Positions 22,834-34,275 of a stretch of DNA of 44,987 bases are shown here, piece after piece. The translations under genes and the position numbers were made by a program. Each line of letters opens with the position of its first letter. Within the stretch, counting starts at the first letter, position 1. The DNA lies in the NCBI GenBank assembly GCA_021432655.1, contig MU271555.1, forward strand, positions 1-44,987, written 5' to 3'. Under the pieces are notes generated by a model that did not search any database, had not been told where the DNA came from, and was given only the letters and a program-made list of their open reading frames with translations. The stretch is from Atractiella rhizophila (taxonomy: Eukaryota).

Positions 22834-25127
22834 ATGCGGCGTCACCTCTTCCTCCTCCTATTCAGCCTTCTCACCGCCAACGCCCAGTACTCAGACGCTG
22901 GTGTGTCTCATTTATCATCAATCAAAGCATTGAATCTGCTAAGAACAGTCTTAAAACAGTCTGCGGCCAAGGCTTCTCATGGATGTCCAACGACCTCTCC
23001 CAGTCTCCATGTCAAGTTGCTTCTTCTATCCTATCCGGATGCATCAATGGGCCGTACAACCTCTGGGCGCTTCCTGCCGCCAACTACGCATATCCTGGTA
23101 TGTCCCTCCGTTTCCCCCAACGATGAGCAATTCATAAAGGATAATGGATGGATCTAGGCCCTACACAGACCAATTCCACCGCTTTCGCTTATAATCAATG
23201 CTTGTGCTCCATGCCAATATACAACCTCCTCTCCGCTTGTGCCGGTGCGCATCTCTTCCTTTCCTCTCGCTCTTCCTCCTCCCTCAACACAGAGCTGCAG
23301 ACTGTCAAGGATCGAGCTGGGTTGGATGGGAGAGGCATATCGAAAATTGTAATTCTGTCAGTCTTTCTCTCCTCTTACGATTAACCTAGCTCATTCCTGA
23401 CGGTACCACAGAGTTATACTGGAGAGTGAGATCCTTTCCTATGCAGCGGGGCAAAGCTCAGGTTATTTTTGTCTGTAATAGTAACGAAGGCGGACGGGTT
23501 GACCTGCCTATTACCGTACCAACAAACACCATGCTCATGCGTCGGTCCTCCTCCATCCCTCTTCCCTTCCCTTGTTTGCTCTCACTGACTGTAATCCCCG
23601 GCGATAGCCTGGATGACGGTCAACCCGCTGAAGAACACCACCAACGGCGAATGGTCCGAAACGCTGTCCCGCCAGCTCGCCACTGCTGGCAGCTCGTCTT
23701 CCAACCCCATAACAGGATCTTCCTCCTCCAAGAACGCCAACACAGGGATCATCATCGGCGCTGTCCTCGGCGGTGTCGCCCTGCTCTCCGTCATTGTGTT
23801 CGCCTTCTGGTTCCTCCATTCCAAAACTAAGGCATCATCCCCCCGCCCCCGTCGTTCCAGGGGGTTTAGATTCGGAAGGATACCGAGCGAGAGGGAGGTT
23901 GTCGATGGAGATTATCCCGGAATGCACGAGAGGAGGAACACTTGGTTCGGTCTCTCTGGGTTCAGGAGCGTGAGGAAGCCTGGAGCTGGCCTTGGGAGGG
24001 AAAAGAGCCAGATGTCATCCTTTTCCACTTCCGGAGGCCAAGCGCATGTCGACAGTTGGGGAACTGGTACGACGAAGGTAGAGAGGAGCAATACATCGCT
24101 CTCGTTTTGGAAGGACAGGCCGGACAAGAACGCCCAACAAACTGCCTATCACGTCGTCGACACTTCTCTGCCTCAGAGGAGGATCGATGAACCCGAAACA
24201 GGGGATTGGGGCCATAAACATGATTCGTCCATGGCCATCGCTAGCGGGTATCGATCCTTCAGAGGAAACGGGCCGGCCCCTCCAGCTCCCACCCCGACTT
24301 CGACAGGGCAGAATCAGAGGGAGCTCAGAAATTCTCCGCTCTCTAGCTCAGGAGGCGGAGGCGGCACACCGAAACACGATCGCTTCGCTTCTGCCCCAGT
24401 CGTCCTGCCCACTTCTTATGTCGATCCGTATGAACAGCAGGCTAACCTACAACAACAGCAGCAGCAGCAAAGAAGAGCACCTTCCTCGCCTAATCTAATG
24501 CATTTCATGCCTCCCGAACCTCAAGAACCGGATGGACCGCCCATCGACCACCGTATCGCCTCCTCCGCCATCTCCTCCATCTCCGCCTCCTCCTCCTCTG
24601 CCGTAGGTCGGAATCGGGGGAGCATTGGCGTGCAATACGCTTCTTATCCGCCGCCACCCAAATCCATCTCCTCCCTCTCCGTCCAATACCCCTCGCTTCC
24701 CTCCTCCCCAGCTCCGCCTTTGCCTCCAATCTCCCCCATGACCACCATCCTCGAACGCTCGCGTGAACCCTCAATCACCAACACCAGTCTCCGCACCATC
24801 CCCGCGCCATTGAATTCGAATCCACTGTGGAGCCCAGCGAGCGTGGGACAAAGCGCTCGGACGGCCCAGACGCCTTCGCCACAGTTCGCGAACGTGTCGA
24901 GGCAGGACAGCCTGTACAATCAGCGCGTATCGGAGGCGGTGGCGTTTTCGAGCCCTCCTCATATGATATATCAGACCGGATACGTGCCTGGAGGCGGAGC
25001 CGCAAGCCCAACAGTCCAGTTCCCAAATGGTAGAGGGGGATTTGGTGGATTGGGAGGAGCGGGAGGAGCGGGAGCTCCAGGATACGATCAGGGGTACTTC
25101 TACCCCCCCGGAAGTGGAGTATCGTAG
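22834..25127 (+). CDS. Single-pass membrane protein: signal peptide, Cys-rich ectodomain, transmembrane helix, long Pro/Ser-rich cytoplasmic tail
   Basis: Signal MRRHLFLLLFSLLTANA. Spliced ectodomain VCGQGFSWMSNDLSQSPCQVA..C..YPG..QCLCSMPIYNLLSACA.CQG..W..NC, a pattern common in basidiomycete uncharacterised proteins. TM GIIIGAVLGGVALLSVIVFAFWFL; final 500-codon exon ends at 25127. Confidence 0.85.
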
Positions 25128-25948
25128 GTGGATTACGTTCTGTCAAGTTGCTTGAAGAGAGCGGTTTTGATCGAGCTGTCATTGTATCACTTGTAATTCG
25201 CATTTTGGTATATATCAAGTGTTTTCTCTGGTTTCCACCCCACCCGTTTTACATGACTCCGAAACGTAATTCTTTACGGGAGGCTTACTTTGCCAACAAT
25301 TTTCAGTTTCAAGTCCTGCCGCCGCGAGTACTGCTCTGACAACATTGGGTGTGTCTGGGGGGCAAGAGATCAAATAAAGACCTCAATCGTTCTTCAACCT
25401 TTTCTGATTTTGGTTTCGCACGATTTTATTTCGTGGCGTTCCATCAGCCCTCACGAACGTGGCTACGAAGGTCATGTGCTGAGTAGTGCTCACGCTCACG
25501 ACAGAGCGAACTACCGTGGTGACCATAATGTGGCAGGACCATGGTCGTTTTCTTTGCGACCCTCTTGTACTTTGAACGAGTTCGATCGGGGTCGTGCCTC
25601 GCTTTGCTTAGTGTTTTTGAACAGGCGAGGAAATGGATGATGCAGCAAGATGGTGTACGAGCCTGGACCATTTTGATCCATACTTGTCTTTTGAGTATTG
25701 TGAATCAGGGAACCAATTCATCCGCATCGCTGCAGAACATACAGACTCACATTTTCTACCTACTCCTGTTACTGGGTGACCGTCCAAATGGATAACAGTG
25801 ATGTAAAGACGAAGAGCAACAAATTTGAAGCGCATTTCCGGCCGCTCTTCCCGATCAGAACGCGCCAAGACTTTTCTTTCAACCCCTGTCTTTGGAGCCA
25901 CTCCATGAGAGCACCATCTTCTACGTATCGTTAGGTTTTAGGTACCGC

Positions 25949-27587
25949 ATGCAAAACACGCCAACGATGTCAGGGAAAGCAATTGATATCCAAAGCATTA
26001 TGAAAGCTATGGACTCGAACTTGGGAGCTGTGAAGAAGCAGCAAAAGCGGAATGAGAAGGGGAAGCAGGCACGCGGCGGGAGGGTATGCGATAACAAGCA
26101 GTGCGGCAAGAAAGAGGGAAGCTTTCCCGCTGGAATGGGAATCAAGTTGAAATTTTGTACGAGGTGCCAGTGAGTTTCTCAAATGACTCTCGATTTTACA
26201 TTCCTACAAGTCCATTTTGACGGTGAAACAAAGCGAATGAGACCGTCTACCAATATTCCTCTCGTTGTGTAATGATACCATATTGACGCTACCTGAAGTT
26301 ACGCTAGATATTGCTCTGATATCTGTCAAAAATCAGATTACCAATTAGGGCACAAGGACGAGTGCAGTGCCTTCCTCAACGCACCTTGGACGAGCCGCTT
26401 CGATCCCAATTTCTGTGAGGGAACAGACTGGCCAATCAACCCAATTTTTGCGCGAGGGAATAGCCACGGACTTGGGATGTGGGTGACGATGAATGGAGGC
26501 GTGCAAGGAAGGTTCGTCTTCTCCTTCCACCATTGCTTGGTGTCTCACTCGAAGCATGATGCGCATGATGTCTGACATCCTATACTCAGTCTGCAATATG
26601 CGCACGAGAGCATCCTCTGTGACCATTCAGACAGCCTCACTGATGCCCAAAACGACGACTTCAGGTCATGGGCAGGTGATATCGCTGGCATCCCACCATC
26701 TTCTCTACCTGCCGAGGCGAAGAAGCGACATGGACGCACGTTATTGACCGTTTCCGTCGCCCTACAAAACAGGAGGGAAGATGGGAGAGATATTATTGTC
26801 TCCGGGTGTTCCTTGGGTTTGGGTGCGAATAAAAGACTGAAAGAATTTCAGATCGAAGGCGAAGATCATGGTTGCCAGACTGTTGTGATTGGTCCAAACA
26901 AGTTTGTGTCCCCCACCGCGTTTTCTATGTTTTTCTATTGAATTTGGCTGCTGACCTCAGACGATACGGACTAGGGACTTCTGTCTCATCCCAGTTTGGA
27001 GGGATTGGAACAATCAGAAGCGAATCTGCATTAGCGACATCAACGGTCGTCTAATCAAGCCACAGAAGCAGCGAGAGAAAAGCGATAGCATTCCACAAGT
27101 GCTCGATTGGGAGACCTGCGATCTTGTCCTTTCTCCAGGCGACTTCGTCGTTCTTTCAGCCCAATTTCGTTGTGGAGACGGTGATGATGCTTCCGAAAGT
27201 GGAGTCACCTACGAGTCCCAAGTTTGGCAGGCCGCATTTCTATTCAACCTCAAGGCAGTAATTCGCGAGCCATCCATATCTCTATCAACGCAAACCAAGA
27301 TTGCATTCTCGCCTCTCATCGCGGGAGAAGACACGTTTGTAGTATTCGCGCCAGTCGATCACGCGTATTTGGAGGAGTACTACCGTCCCTGGATTGAGAG
27401 AGGGCAGGATGCGTTCTTGAGAGAGAGGTTGGGCAGTCGGGCGGAGAAAGTGATGGAAATGAATGACAAGATGGGAAAGTTGGCAGAGGCAATGACAAGG
27501 CAGATGTGGGAGTTGATGGACGAGAAGTCCGGGAGGAAGATCAAAGAATCCAAACGGTTTAAGGTATGGCCGCGGTCTCAGGCATGA
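25949..27587 (+). CDS. MYND-type zinc finger protein, multi-exon
   Basis: CDNKQC..LKFCTRCQ / YCSDICQKSDY..HKDEC split by introns. Coding exons continue to ORF 27099-27587. The start could alternatively be the ATG at 25967. Confidence 0.78.
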
Positions 27588-27798
27588 GTTGCGCTCTCTC
27601 TCTCTCGAAGTTTATATCTGTCGATGAGCCTTTGCTGATTGTTCAACGTTTCCGTCATGCTGTGATCAGATTCGTATTTCATTTGTAACACATGTAAATG
27701 TTTGACATTGACCCATTTCCATAAATCGATTCACTTTGCTATATTTGAGAGTCCATTAGTCCATACCATCCAAATGTTGACGGGAATTTGAGATGAAA

Positions 27799-28724
27799 TC
27801 AGTAACTGCTTTCATTCCCGCCTCCCCTTCCGCCGCCATATCCACTTCCCTCATCTCTTCCCCCGAATGTACCTCCACCAGTATTTCTGCCTCCTGCATT
27901 GCTTCCATAGCTATCATCCTGGTTCCTTCCAGAGGAATATGCGTCTGAACCAGCGGTCATTCCGCCTCCCCTTGAAGAGCCAAACGAATCATCATTCGAC
28001 CCAAAGCCGCCTGAGCCAGCTCGATCAGAAGATCCATACGAGTCGTCGTTGTTCCTCCCACTAGAGAAGGAATCCGTGTTTGAAGAGCCAAAGCCATCTC
28101 TCCCGCTCGATCCGGAAGAAACATCGTCATTCCTTCCTCTCGCCCCAGTACCGTACGAATCATCATCTCTCGTACCTCCACCAATACCACCTGAGCCGAA
28201 AGAAGTGTCAGTGTCATCCCTCCTTCCTCCACCGAATCCTCCGGAGCCAAAACTGTCATCTGCCCTTCCACCAGTGCTAGAACCGTAAGAATCGTCGTCC
28301 CTCCTTCCGCTCCTACCAGCGGACGCATCGTCATCTCGCCTGCCGCCTCCGTAGGAGTCGATGTTGCCAGAGGTGTCGCGATCGCCGGAGGTATTGTTGC
28401 CAGATCCGTAACCGCCAGAAGTGTCGCGATCGCTCGAGTTGTAAGAGTCGTTGTTCCTGTCGGAGGAGGACGAGTAGTCGTTGTCGTTATCCCTCTTCCC
28501 TATGATTTACTCGTTAGGGTATACATTGCTGTGGAGACAGAAGCGGATCACGAACCTCCACCCATTCCCATTTTATCCTTGGCAATGTCCATAGCTTGGT
28601 CAGAGAGGTTCTTTCCCTCAGGAGTTCCCATGAATTCTTTCGCTTCTGGAATCCAAAAAAGTGCTCAACATGATAGTCTCCTGGGGGGGGATCAAGAAGA
28701 GAGCATACGATCAAGGATTCCCAT
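27799..28724 (-). CDS. Gly/Ser/Asp/Arg-rich hydrophilin-like repeat protein, 268 aa (absent from the ORF track)
   Basis: Exons 28724-28709, 28645-28556 and 28499-27799 total 807 nt with canonical GT-AG introns. Protein MGILDQAKEFMGTPEGKNLSDQAMDIAKDKMGMGGGKRDNDNDY.. with repeated GR(R/N)DDDS(Y/F)GS units, ending NESSY*. Confidence 0.88.
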
Positions 28725-28791
28725 ATTGGTGTAGTGGAGTTGTGCACTTGAATCGATGTTTGAATGAGATTTTCAAGATGAGGAGCCCTCC

Positions 28792-28866
28792 TTTATACCC
28801 CCCAAAAGCTGGCAACAGAACAGGAACGTTGACTTCACAATTAATCGGGAAATCACCCTGACGTCA
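28792..28866 (-). promoter_or_regulatory. TATA box (28792-28797) and palindromic CRE site TGACGTCA (28859-28866) upstream of the hydrophilin-like gene
   Basis: TATAAA lies 68 nt upstream of the ATG. A perfect ATF/CREB palindrome lies about 60 nt further upstream, with a near-match TGACTTCA at 28830. Confidence 0.55.
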
Positions 28867-29286
28867 CGGGACCAAGTCGCGTCATTCATTCTTCGCCCCG
28901 CTCATTCTGGGAGCAGCTGGGAATACATTTCTATTTTCTCCCCTCTCGCACCAAGAGTGCAAAGCTTGAAGGCAGGCAGGCCACATGAGCATGAGCCCAT
29001 GAGGATGGAGCGTAGCCCTGCTGATGCGGGACGTTGTGTGCCCCGCTGGAGAGCTGGAGAGCTGGAGACCAGAGAACATTCGGTGAGCAGCATGAAAGCG
29101 AGCTGCTGGAGTCCGTCAATCCGTCAATACGTCAATACAGTATCAACGACTCAGATCGGAACACGCCTCAGGCTCTGAATTTCAGAAAAGAGTACGACAA
29201 ACAACGAAAAATGATAAATGAACCACGTCCGCTATGGAGGTGAAACTAAGTGAAGTCCCTCATCCGGTCACGAGAAGTAGTGAACA

Positions 29287-29448
29287 TTTCCGTGTAGCGA
29301 GCAACGCTGAATAAGGCTGCACGCCAGAGACGAGAGCCTCTTTCCAGAATGTAGTACGCATGTGGACTTTCCGTGTAGCGAGCAACGCTGAATAAGGCTG
29401 CACGCCAGAGACGAGAGCCTCTTTCCAGAATGTAGTACGCATGTGGAC
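29287..29448. repeat. Perfect 81-bp tandem duplication
   Basis: TTTCCGTGTAGCGAG..CGCATGTGGAC occurs twice (29287-29367 and 29368-29448). Confidence 0.97.
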
Positions 29449-29463
29449 TGTCATTTCGAAATC

Positions 29464-29510
29464 GTTGAATTTCAATATCGCTCACGTAGTTGAATTTCAA
29501 TATCGCTCAC
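29464..29510. repeat. 22-bp direct repeat with 25-bp period
   Basis: GTTGAATTTCAATATCGCTCAC at 29464 and 29489. Confidence 0.93.
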
Positions 29511-29612
29511 AGCAGTGACAATCGTGTTCGAATCAGAGAACTGGCAGACCAGAAATGATGGAGCATTGCGGCATGCAAATGAACAAAAACACATACCCCT
29601 CTCTTCATTCTA

Positions 29613-30311
29613 TCACGTTTCCTCTTTCTCTTTATCCTTGAGGTTTTCCTTCTCCCACTCTTGTACCATATCCCGTCTCCTCGCAAAAGCTTTGTCCTTC
29701 TGCATCCCTTTGACTCTCGGATCTCCAACTCCAATCTCAGGAGTTGGCTTCGTATCTGCAAGAGTGATGTCCTGACCCGGAAAATGACGCTTTCGCTCTT
29801 CTTCCTCTTTCAAAAGCCATATCGTTTCTGATATTGCTTGTGAACATCGATAATAGTTGTCGGATTCCTTTTCGAGGATCGACTGAGCTCTCCTAAATAC
29901 CAGACCAAAGGTGGTTAGTGGATGGACAACAGTTGAACATGATTTAAGCTTGGTCTTCAATGGTGTTCATTCCATAAATATACCCTTGTTATTTGCGGAG
30001 CCAACACAGCAATCAAACTATACCTCCAACTCTCCAAAGACAGCTTGATGGCACAATGTTTGCCAAAGCAGAAGAGTCGGGAAAACGAACCCAATTGAAG
30101 ACCGCATAAGCGAGAGCGAGGACAATGAAGCCAAACGCAGATTAACAGAACAATCACTTGTCCCTTTTGGCCCATCAAAGAAAGCTTGTACTCACGTCCT
30201 CCCTATTGTCCCACCCATTTGCCATCCAACAAACACGCCTACAACACTCCATCCCATAATTCCGCTGAACACCGTTTTCCTTTTCGCGGTCCATTCCTTC
30301 CCCTTGCCCAT
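29613..30311 (-). CDS. Probable small multi-exon gene of unknown function (5' end uncertain)
   Basis: Coding-looking segments MGKGKEWTAKRKTVFSGIMGWSVVGVFVGWQMGGTIGR (followed by a GTGAGT donor near 30195) and a charged C-terminus ..WLLKEEEERKRHF..KEKEET*. Confidence 0.4.
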
Positions 30312-31697
30312 TTCTCGATCCACATTCCTCCTATGCACCACCTGTCGGCTCGTCGGTAGCATTCCTCGTATAAGGTTGCCGCGTCCACGAAAGGCTAAGA
30401 GACATGCAACACTCGAGGATATAACCGTGGTTAGGAAGGTGGCATTCGAAATTGCTTCGCCAGCGGCATGGATTGCGAAACGGTCCTTTTGAGTAAGAGA
30501 GCGTGCATGAATTGCAAGCGTTTTTTCTAGTATCTAGAAAAAATTAGAACTCGTGTCAAGGACGCATAGATTCTTTCGTACATAAGGATGTAACTGTGTT
30601 TGGGCCATTTTTTCAGAAAGTGGTGCATAAATAATATTTTGCTGCGCGATCCCAATGTCATCATCGGAACCTTGTCGCTTTTGCTACCCATCGCCAACAG
30701 AGAGCTCAGGTGCAACCACGACTTGCCTATGCGTTCACGTGAGAGAATGGGGGAGGACGCTATTGCTGTCGGCGTCTGTGTGTCCAAGACCTTCCACTGA
30801 GCTGACATGGACTCAGAATTGTGTGTTGCGTGCAGCTGTTTTGCCTTTCCATTCTCGAGAATCCTTTTTTTGTGCCGATGAGGAATGAAATCCTGAGCCC
30901 ATGCCCGTATATTGTCTCCAAGGCCACATGTTATAGTAATATCAAAGCATATTACCTGATGCCTCCAGGATGAGATGTGTTTTAGCAGCTAGGAGTATAT
31001 TTGGTATGCTTGGGTGTGCGCCGTCACCGTCGACCTAGCACCTAGCGCCTAGCCTGCGTTATTGGCTGCATTAATGCAGAACATAGCGGACAGTATGGTT
31101 CATACACCAAACGCTCTTCCCTGGCTGCCTGTACTGTGTTTGTGGTGGTGGGCGAGAATGGCCTTCCTTTATTCAAGTTGTGCATTCTTTGCACAAGGAG
31201 AGACAATAGATGTACAATCAGCCCTGTCGTGAGCTACTGCTCACCCTTACCTGTGCCAAGACTTTGATGAGGGGACGAGTTATCGTAGAAAGTCCTTGCT
31301 AGCACGGATTATGTCTGCACGGCGATTCAGATGGACGATGGAACTGTAGGCGTCCTGGAGTAATGATTATCATGAACAGGAGGGCTCCACAGCACAATTG
31401 TGCTATGGGCTCAGCTTCAAGTCAAAAGATTTTAGATATAGAATCCCTTTCAGAATGGATTCTCCCGTTCAGCACCTCAAGGACGTCGAGGGAATATGTA
31501 GGAACAGCTGTGATGCTTTGGCAATGCGTAGTGGATGACGACTAGATAACACATGTGCTACTGGTAAAGTTGAAAATGTGTCCACTTGATCGTGAACACT
31601 CCTTTTATGCGCTCATTTGCAGTGATTGGTTATTAAACGCCCGCTACAAGATGAATAATCTCATCGGCGAGGTCGGTAAGTGAATCTTCGCTCCACC

Positions 31698-33116
31698 TCA
31701 ACAATATCTAACAGCTTCCTCTCCTTCCAGCGCAATTCCTTCAGCCTGCAGAAGGCCCAAATATTCCAAAAACTTTTCTGTTGTTTTGATCGTGGTCCAG
31801 GCATAGTATCCAAGTCGTAAGGTGACCAAGTTTCTCCAGCCGCCTTCGTGTTTTTGCTTCGCAATCGAGTAGAATATGAAACCCCAAATTTCAGGTACGT
31901 CCTCTTCCGTGTTGAATCGAAAGCCAGCATCGGTCAGACGGGGGTTGAAACTCTTCCGGCAATCCTCCAGAAGGAAGGTAGGCCACGGACTTCCTCGTAT
32001 GACATTGTTGAAAACAAGACTGTCCACGACAAGGCAGATTGCCGGTGATGGTGCAAAGGCAAGGAGGATCCTGTCCAACGGTTTAGAAGCATCTTCTTCC
32101 AGGTACCCCAGCTGCTGTAAATTGGGTACTGAGGAGAAATGGAAAGGGACTTTCGGTTTAGAAATGATATCCCCTTGAATCGATAATTCCCTCAGAGATG
32201 TCGGAGAGCAATGCAGAAAGTCTTGCATGTTTGCAGGATGAAAGCCTGAAGCCAAATACGTGTGTGCTACGACAATGTTCAGCCGTCTGATGAAGGGAAG
32301 AGGCATGTGACGGCTCGAATGGGGCCCGAATTCGTCTCCAAAAGTCCCGCATTCGATCGTTAAAGTATCTAGGCCAGGAGGAAAGGGTGCTTCAAGTCCC
32401 ACATGGTGTGAACAGATATCCTTCGCTAATAAGACCAAAGACTGGACTTGAAGTCCCGGAGGCAAAGCGTGGAGAGCTTGGCGAAAATAGGGAGATGGGT
32501 CTTCTTCCGCCTCCTCCCTATATTGACAGTGAGCGACTGTCAGATCGATAGACAATTTTTGACCCATAGACGACAGCAAGTTCTTCAACCCTACAGACAT
32601 GTCGATTTTGCCAGAGCCTACTACGGCCTCGAGAAAGGTAAGCTTGAGAGATGCGACGCGATTGCCAGGGAACGCGATTATTTCGTCAAATCGAGATTTC
32701 ACTTGCTCCACAGCGTTAAGAAAGGACGGTACGTCTAATTCATAAATGAAGTCGTCGGAGTTGTAGTTGTCGTCCTCGTCAGAATCTTCTTCCTCCTCAT
32801 CTTCGCTATTATCTTGTTCCCCCTTGTCCCAATATCCAAAGTGTTCGAGATAGAGACGCAGATGGACCGATCGTGCAAATCACAAAAATGACGAAGGGAA
32901 ACCATCCTCGCTTCCGTCGATTTCTTGATTGGAGTACTGATCTCTGGTTGAGATTTGAAAGTTTTGAAAAAGAAAAGGAACAATGAGCTTTCTCAGATGT
33001 TTGGAAACAAGACTGGCTGTTTTGAGATTCATCTCTTCGGGATCGGCATAGAACCACTTGTTGATAATCTCTATTTGAACATCGGTAGGCAGTTTCTGGA
33101 TTGGAAAAGGGTCCAT
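31698..33116 (-). pseudogene. F-box-like protein, 472 codons, with one in-frame TGA at 32880-32882
   Basis: MDPFPIQKLPTDVQIEII..LKTASLVSKHLRKLIVPFLF is F-box-like. After SSFL-TGA the same frame continues FARSVHLRLY.., through an acidic tract and into ORF 31698-32711 with no further stop. Confidence 0.8.
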
Positions 33117-33719
33117 CTCTGTGAGATTGCTCTTTCCGCTAAGTCAACGTCAGAATCCAGATCATAGCAAGACAGAAACATACCTGTGGACAATATGCGC
33201 CATCCAGACAATTTTTTTTACGATTCGCCACTTTGAATGGAAGTATTTTTTGTTCCAACGCTTGCGCTCCTTTTGACAAGGTAAGACGCTTCCGGGAACG
33301 TGTCGGAAACCGCAGGGACCAAGGTGTCCACAGACGGTGCAATTAGTCCTCCCATGAACAGTATGGCACATGGGCCATTCTGCTATTGCTTACCAGTAAG
33401 CCTGGAAACTTGCGGCCCGAATAACTCCTAGTAATGCTAGAAAATTGACGGAGTACCCTGTCGAAGTGTCTCACAGAGAATGGCAATTGGGAGAAAGATT
33501 TTCATCGCCACGAAACCTAAGCTCACACTGGCCCTAAGGGCTGCTACCCATACTGCCATTTGCTTATTGGCCCCATCAGCCTCGTGTAGCCTTCCCGTCA
33601 CTGTTAGCCTCTGTGTCGAACAAAGTTAAAGTTTTGGCTTCCTTATTTTCTTTTGAAGGGTTAGGGTCGTTTCACCTTTTGTTGTTGGACCTGCGATCGC
33701 TGCTTCATTCTTTGGTAAG

Positions 33720-34275
33720 ATGTCACGGCACGTCTTCCTGGCTATTCCTCCTGATGATTCGTTATCTGACTCCTGGGCAGACTTTATTCCAGAGCACGAA
33801 TTCTCGGACACCAGCGCGGGAAGCGCAACACTTACCCGAAGTGTTCACTGGTGCAGATTGAGGGAGTAGCGAACAAGGATGAGGCTAAATTTTATCTCGG
33901 CAAGGTACGCCATCTCTTTACCTTCCTGTCTCAAGAGAACCGGAAGGGAATGTTGATTGTGTTGCAGAGGATTGCTTACGTTTACCGTGGAGAGAGAGTC
34001 AGAACAGGAGAGAAATCAAAGTGCGCATCTCGTCCCAGTTCTCCCTCTCACATCTACTCAACGTTTTTCACTCAGAGTCCGAGTAATCTGGGGTAAAGTG
34101 ACACGGGTGCATGGAAATGGTGGAGTTGTCCGCACGACCTTCAAGCACAACCTTCCACCTCACAGCTTCGGTGCCATGGCCAGAGTTGTATGTTGCTTTT
34201 CTTACCTCCCCGCCTGACGCATGGAAGATCTTGATCCTTGTTCTTTTATAGATGCTTTACCCGAGCAATATCTGA
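33720..34275 (+). CDS. RPL33: 60S ribosomal protein eL33 (L35a)
   Basis: [50 protein letters not shown]../[38 protein letters not shown]. Four introns, the first apparently GC-AG. Confidence 0.95.

Noticed and set aside
29246..29510. CRISPR-like array or repeat-peptide ORFs
   Set aside because: Only two copies without spacers, in a eukaryotic genome; the peptide repeats merely reflect the 81-bp duplication.
10570..33116. Alternative genetic code or programmed recoding explaining the stops and frameshifts
   Set aside because: Conserved genes (GCDH, RPL33) end in TGA and use TGG for Trp. Most breaks are introns, and the rest are isolated lesions in fast-evolving families.
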